Shown here piece by piece: positions 59,897-64,000 of a stretch of DNA of 64,000 nt (position 1 is its first letter; each line of letters opens with the position of its first letter). The stretch is taken from assembly GCA_002269645.1 (NCBI GenBank), contig NIVC01000100.1, positions 496,001 through 560,000 on the forward strand, read 5' to 3'. Source of the stretch: Macrostomum lignano (Eukaryota). The notes beneath the pieces are model-generated. The model did no database searches. It was given only the letters and a program-made list of their open reading frames with translations, and was not told the DNA's origin. Position numbers and translations under genes: made by a program.

Positions 59897-62800
59897 TTAA
59901 TGAACATACCCGGCCGCATCGTCCTTCCTAGGCCGTCGTTGCATCTGGCCCCGGTCACCAGCGCCCTTCTCGTCCATCTCGTCCGACACATTGAAGGTCA
60001 CTTCGATAGATTTTTTCTTTTTAACAGCGGACGAATGAGCGACGCCCTCTGGAGTCTCAGACATTGGCATGTCGACTGTTGCGTCGTTTTTGTTGGACTC
60101 GGGATTTGAACCGTCCGTTCCTCGTCCGCAGCACAGCGTGATGGGGGGCATGATGTCGTCCAGCCACCTCAGCTCGGTTGTAGTGAACAAGTGGTTCAGC
60201 GCCCATCGCACGAAGCACATGGCCAGCACCATGACGGGGAACAGGATGGAGATGGCCGAGATTGCTTTCACAACCCAAAGCAGGACCAGGCAGGTCACTT
60301 GGATGATAGTGAACTTGTGCACCTGCATGATTTTCACGTGCCTGCGGGGCGATTGATGGATCCCACTAGCTTATGGGATTATCAGGTACAAGAGGACCTG
60401 GGAGGCTGGTCCAGAAACTGGGGATCTGGGAGGCTGGTCCAGAAACTGGGGATCTGGGAGGATGGTCCAGAAACTGGGGATCTGGGAGGCTGGTCCAGAA
60501 ACTGGGGATCTGGGAGGCTGGTCCAGAAACTGGGGATCTGGGAGGCTGGTCCAGACTCTGGGGATCTGGGAGGCTGGTCCAGAAACTGGGGATCTGGGAG
60601 GCTGGTCCAGAAACTGGGGATCTGGGAGGCTGGTCCAGAAACTGGGGATCTGGGAGGCTGGTCCAGAAACTGGGGATCTGGGAGGCTGGTCCAGAAACTG
60701 GGGATCTGGGAGGCTGGTCCAGAAACTGGGGATCTGGGAGGCTGGTCCAGAAACTGGGGATCTGGGAGGCTGGTCCAGAAACTGGGGATCTGGGAGGCTG
60801 GTCCAGAAACTGGGGATCTGGGAGGCTGGTCCAGAAACTGGGGATCTGGGAGGCTGGTCCAGAAACTGGGGATCTGGGAGGCTGTTCCAGACTCTGGGGA
60901 TCTGGGAGGCTGGTCCAGAAACTGGGGATCTGGGAGGCTGGTCCAGAAACTGGGGATCTGGGAGGCTGGTCCAGAAACTGGGGATCTGGGAGGCTGTTCC
61001 AGACTCTGGGGATCTGGGAGGCTGGTCCAGAAACTGGGGATCTGGGAGGCTGGTCCAGAAACTGGGGATCTGGGAGGCTGGTCCAGAAACTGGGGATCTG
61101 AGAGGCTGGTCCAGAAACTGGGGATCTGGGAGGCTGGTCCAGAAACTGGGGATCTGGGAGGCTGGTCCAGAAACTGGGGATCTGGGAGAGGCTGGTCCAG
61201 AAACTGGGGATCTGGGAGGTGGATGGCCCAGCAACTGGGGATCTGGGAGGCTTATTTGCCTCTAAATCTACAGGAGACGGTACCAAAAAGACAGTCTCAC
61301 CTGAGGAACCTGTAGTCCGGCTGGTACTTCTGCGGCATGAAGAAGAGCCCCACCCGCTGCACGAACTGCACGCCGCGCAGGCTGGAGATGCCCATGAACA
61401 GGAACACTCCGTACAGCACCGGCATGGGGATGTGCTTGAGCACCGGGGTCAGAAAGACGGACAGACCGATGAGCAGGAAGATCAGGAAGCCGGTGACGCG
61501 GTTCTCGCTGAAATTAAATTGCAAGCACGCAAAAAAATGGCGATAAAGCAGCATTATTAATCTCCATTAGGAATATCCCTTAAATTTTCTAAAAAGTTAG
61601 TTACTCAATAAATTCTTCAAGAATTCCCCATTGAATTCTCCCATAATTCCCCCATTGATTTCTCCCAGAATTCCCCACTGAATTGTCCTAGAATTCCCCA
61701 TTGGTTTCTCCTAGAATTCCACATTGGTTTCTCCTAGAATTCCCAATCGAATTCTTTCAGAATTCCGCATTGAATTCTCCCAGAATTCCCCATTGAATTC
61801 TCCCAGAATTCCCCATTGAATTCTTCCAGAATCCTCCCACTGAATTCTCCCAGAATTCCCCATTGAATTCTCCCAGAATTCCCCATTGAATTCTCCCAGA
61901 TTTCCCCATTGAATTCTCTTAAATCGGCTTTGATTTACAACCATAGAATTTCTAATAGAATTCCCTAAATACTAATTTGAGAATTATGCTAGAATGTTAT
62001 AAAAATTCTTCTTAGGGAACTTTCCCAAGAACTCAAGCCAGACAAAAATCTGTGAATCTAATAAAAACTCAATAAATATACTCACCGACACCCGAGGAAC
62101 TTGGGCCTCTCCCCCGGAGCAGTTGTCTCGCTCTCAATTTTCAAGGCCATCACGTGATTGATTGACAGCACGGTGGCGGCAACAAACCAGGGAATGCCCA
62201 GAATAGAATTGATGCCAATCAGCACTGCAACAATCAGCAAGTCAAGATGATAGCCCAAGCCTTTCTTCAGCTTGTTCTCTTTGCGATTGACAATCACAGC
62301 TGTGATCTGCTGGTCCATGAAGATCAGAATAGTTGCTAGGAGAGCCGGCAGCAGGGCCAGTGGGATGGAGTACCAGGGATTCTGATTGCGAGTACCGAAC
62401 GGCGAAACCAACCAGCCCCTGGTCTCGTAGCCCAGCGTAGGCGAGAAGGACTCCGGGACGTGCAGTTTAGGAGTCTGCAGGCCTACCAACAGGTCCAAAC
62501 CAGTCATGGCAACAATCGCTATCATCACAGCGAAATCGCTAATGACCATACGGACTCGGTTAGGAAAGAATGGCGAAGTTCGCATCAGTTTGAGTCCATA
62601 GCTGATCACAAATGTGCCAATAGCCAGCAGGCAGGAGAAGAAGAATACGTCAGGTACTGCGAACTTGCCGCACCCGCTGCCAACCCACTGGCCCAGCTGG
62701 GCGGTGCACAGCTTGTTATTCTTGTCCCAGTCCCAATCGTAGTACACAATGGCAGTGTGGTTAGTGTAATACCTGCCATCGGAGTCGTTGTAGCTGGGTA

Positions 62801-63703
62801 TTCTCAGATGCTGGCCCTGAGCTAGCGGTTTCGATTGGTTGAGATTCGACTCGCAGATGCAATTGAAATCCGGCAGGTAGTTGGGATGCCAGTCGGGATT
62901 AATAGGATAAGCTTTCAGTATGTTGCGCAACTTTTTGAAGGCTTCGATGATGAAGATGAGAGCGATTAGGCTGGCGAATGACTCTTCTGTGAAGCGGGTG
63001 ATGTACCTGCGGGATTGCGGATGGATGAAGGACTTAGTAGATTAGCAATTACCACAAAATAAATTCCTTATTGCACACAAATTTACCCCCCCCCCCAGTT
63101 TATACCTGAATAAAAACCGTTGCTTAAACCAAGAGAAACACCACCACTTTTAACCCAAATAAACACTCTAGTTTGTAACTGAATAAACATCCTCTTTATA
63201 CCAAAAAGAAAATTTAGTTTACACTCACATAAACACCCTAGTTCAAACCCGAGTTTATAACCAAATAAACAACCCCAGTTAAAATCCAAAAACACCCCAG
63301 TTTAAACCCAATCAAACACCCCACTTAAAATCCAAATAAACAATCCCGTTCAAACCCAAATAAACACCCAATTTAAACCCAAATAAACACCCAGTTTAAA
63401 CCACAAATAAACACCCGTTAAACAAAAAAAACCCAGTTTAAACCCAAATTAACACCCCAGTTTAAACCCAATCAAACACCCCACTTAAATCAAAATAAAC
63501 ACCCCTTTTATGGATATTAAAAACAGCCATAAAACTCAAAACTCACTTGACCAAAGCGCTCAAATCGAAGGCCACAACGGTGAGCAAAATGAGAAATATC
63601 CACAAGCCAACCCACATTCGAAATGACAGATAGTCCCAGCCCAGCGAGTTCTTGCTGAACCTGAATATGATTGACTCGAACACGAGCATGGGACCGGTGG
63701 AAC
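59897..63703 (-). CDS. SLC4A: SLC4-family bicarbonate transporter, 3' portion (transmembrane domain); exons 63703-63547, 63006-62086, 61507-61301, 60341-59897 (or donor at 59909); 5' exons lie beyond the window
   Basis: [87 protein letters not shown] and [14 protein letters not shown] motifs. Four-Cys third extracellular loop as in Na+-coupled SLC4s. Splice phases are consistent. Confidence 0.93.
60392..61250. repeat. 28-bp intronic minisatellite (GGGATCTGGGAGGCTGGTCCAGAAACTG) in SLC4 intron
   Basis: 28-bp spacing (60424/60452); lies between exons 61301 and 60341. Confidence 0.96.
61620..61915. repeat. ~23-bp intronic minisatellite (GAATTCCCCATTGAATTCTCCCA)
   Basis: Tandem variants in SLC4 intron. 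Confidence 0.85.
63230..63510. repeat. ~24-bp degenerate intronic repeat (AAATAAACACCCCAGTTTAAACCC)
   Basis: Tandem variants in SLC4 intron. Confidence 0.75.
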
Positions 63704-63849
63704 CTGTTGTCGCAGGTATGAAGGAAAAGGTTACGGATATGAATGCGAGTACACAGTTGCGGAATCTTCTACCTAGAAACTGCTTTCTCATGATAAATCT
63801 CATGGCTCTGACATATTTTATCTTAACTATAGTTAACTATCAGATATAT

Positions 63850-64000
63850 TATATCATCTTTTCTAAACCATCCCATAGTTCTCTATCATCTGTCTCATAG
63901 TTCTCTCTATCATCTGTCTCATAGTTCTCTATCATCTGTCTCATAGTTCTCTCTATCATCTGTCTCATAGTTCTCTCTATCATCTGTCTCATAGTTCTCT
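63850..64000. repeat. 24/26-bp intronic repeat (TCTCTATCATCTGTCTCATAGTTC); runs off the window end
   Basis: Direct tandem repeat. Confidence 0.88.

Noticed and set aside
56651-61315. Repeat ORFs at 56.6-57.6 kb, 58.0-58.7 kb and 60.2-61.3 kb
   Set aside because: 42-bp, GA-rich and 28-bp repeats; the last lies inside an SLC4 intron.

Overview
Repeat-rich eukaryotic (metazoan-like, spliceosomal introns) genomic window; no prokaryotic features. Roughly half is minisatellite/satellite DNA, which produces most long ORFs in the supplied track; these are spurious. Supported content: (1) two convergent 4-exon paralogues encoding a secreted protein (signal peptide + PAN/apple-like module + optional Thr/Pro stalk + ALK/LTK-type glycine-rich domain) on the arms of an old inverted duplication, at 17915-22552 (+, premature TAG) and 53154-56014 (-, intact 437 aa); (2) a degenerate BEL/Pao LTR retrotransposon (29911-41120, GGGCC TSD) carrying a 174-bp insert, which in turn carries a near-intact APE-RT-RNaseH non-LTR retrotransposon (30398-36314, 13-bp TSD); (3) a tRNA-derived SINE with a 15-bp TSD; (4) the 3' part of an SLC4 bicarbonate transporter gene (-, 59.9-63.7 kb). 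Best novel lead: a by-eye HDV-like self-cleaving ribozyme fold whose predicted cleavage site coincides exactly with the TSD-defined first nucleotide of the LINE (G30398). All structures and gene models were derived by hand and not computationally validated.
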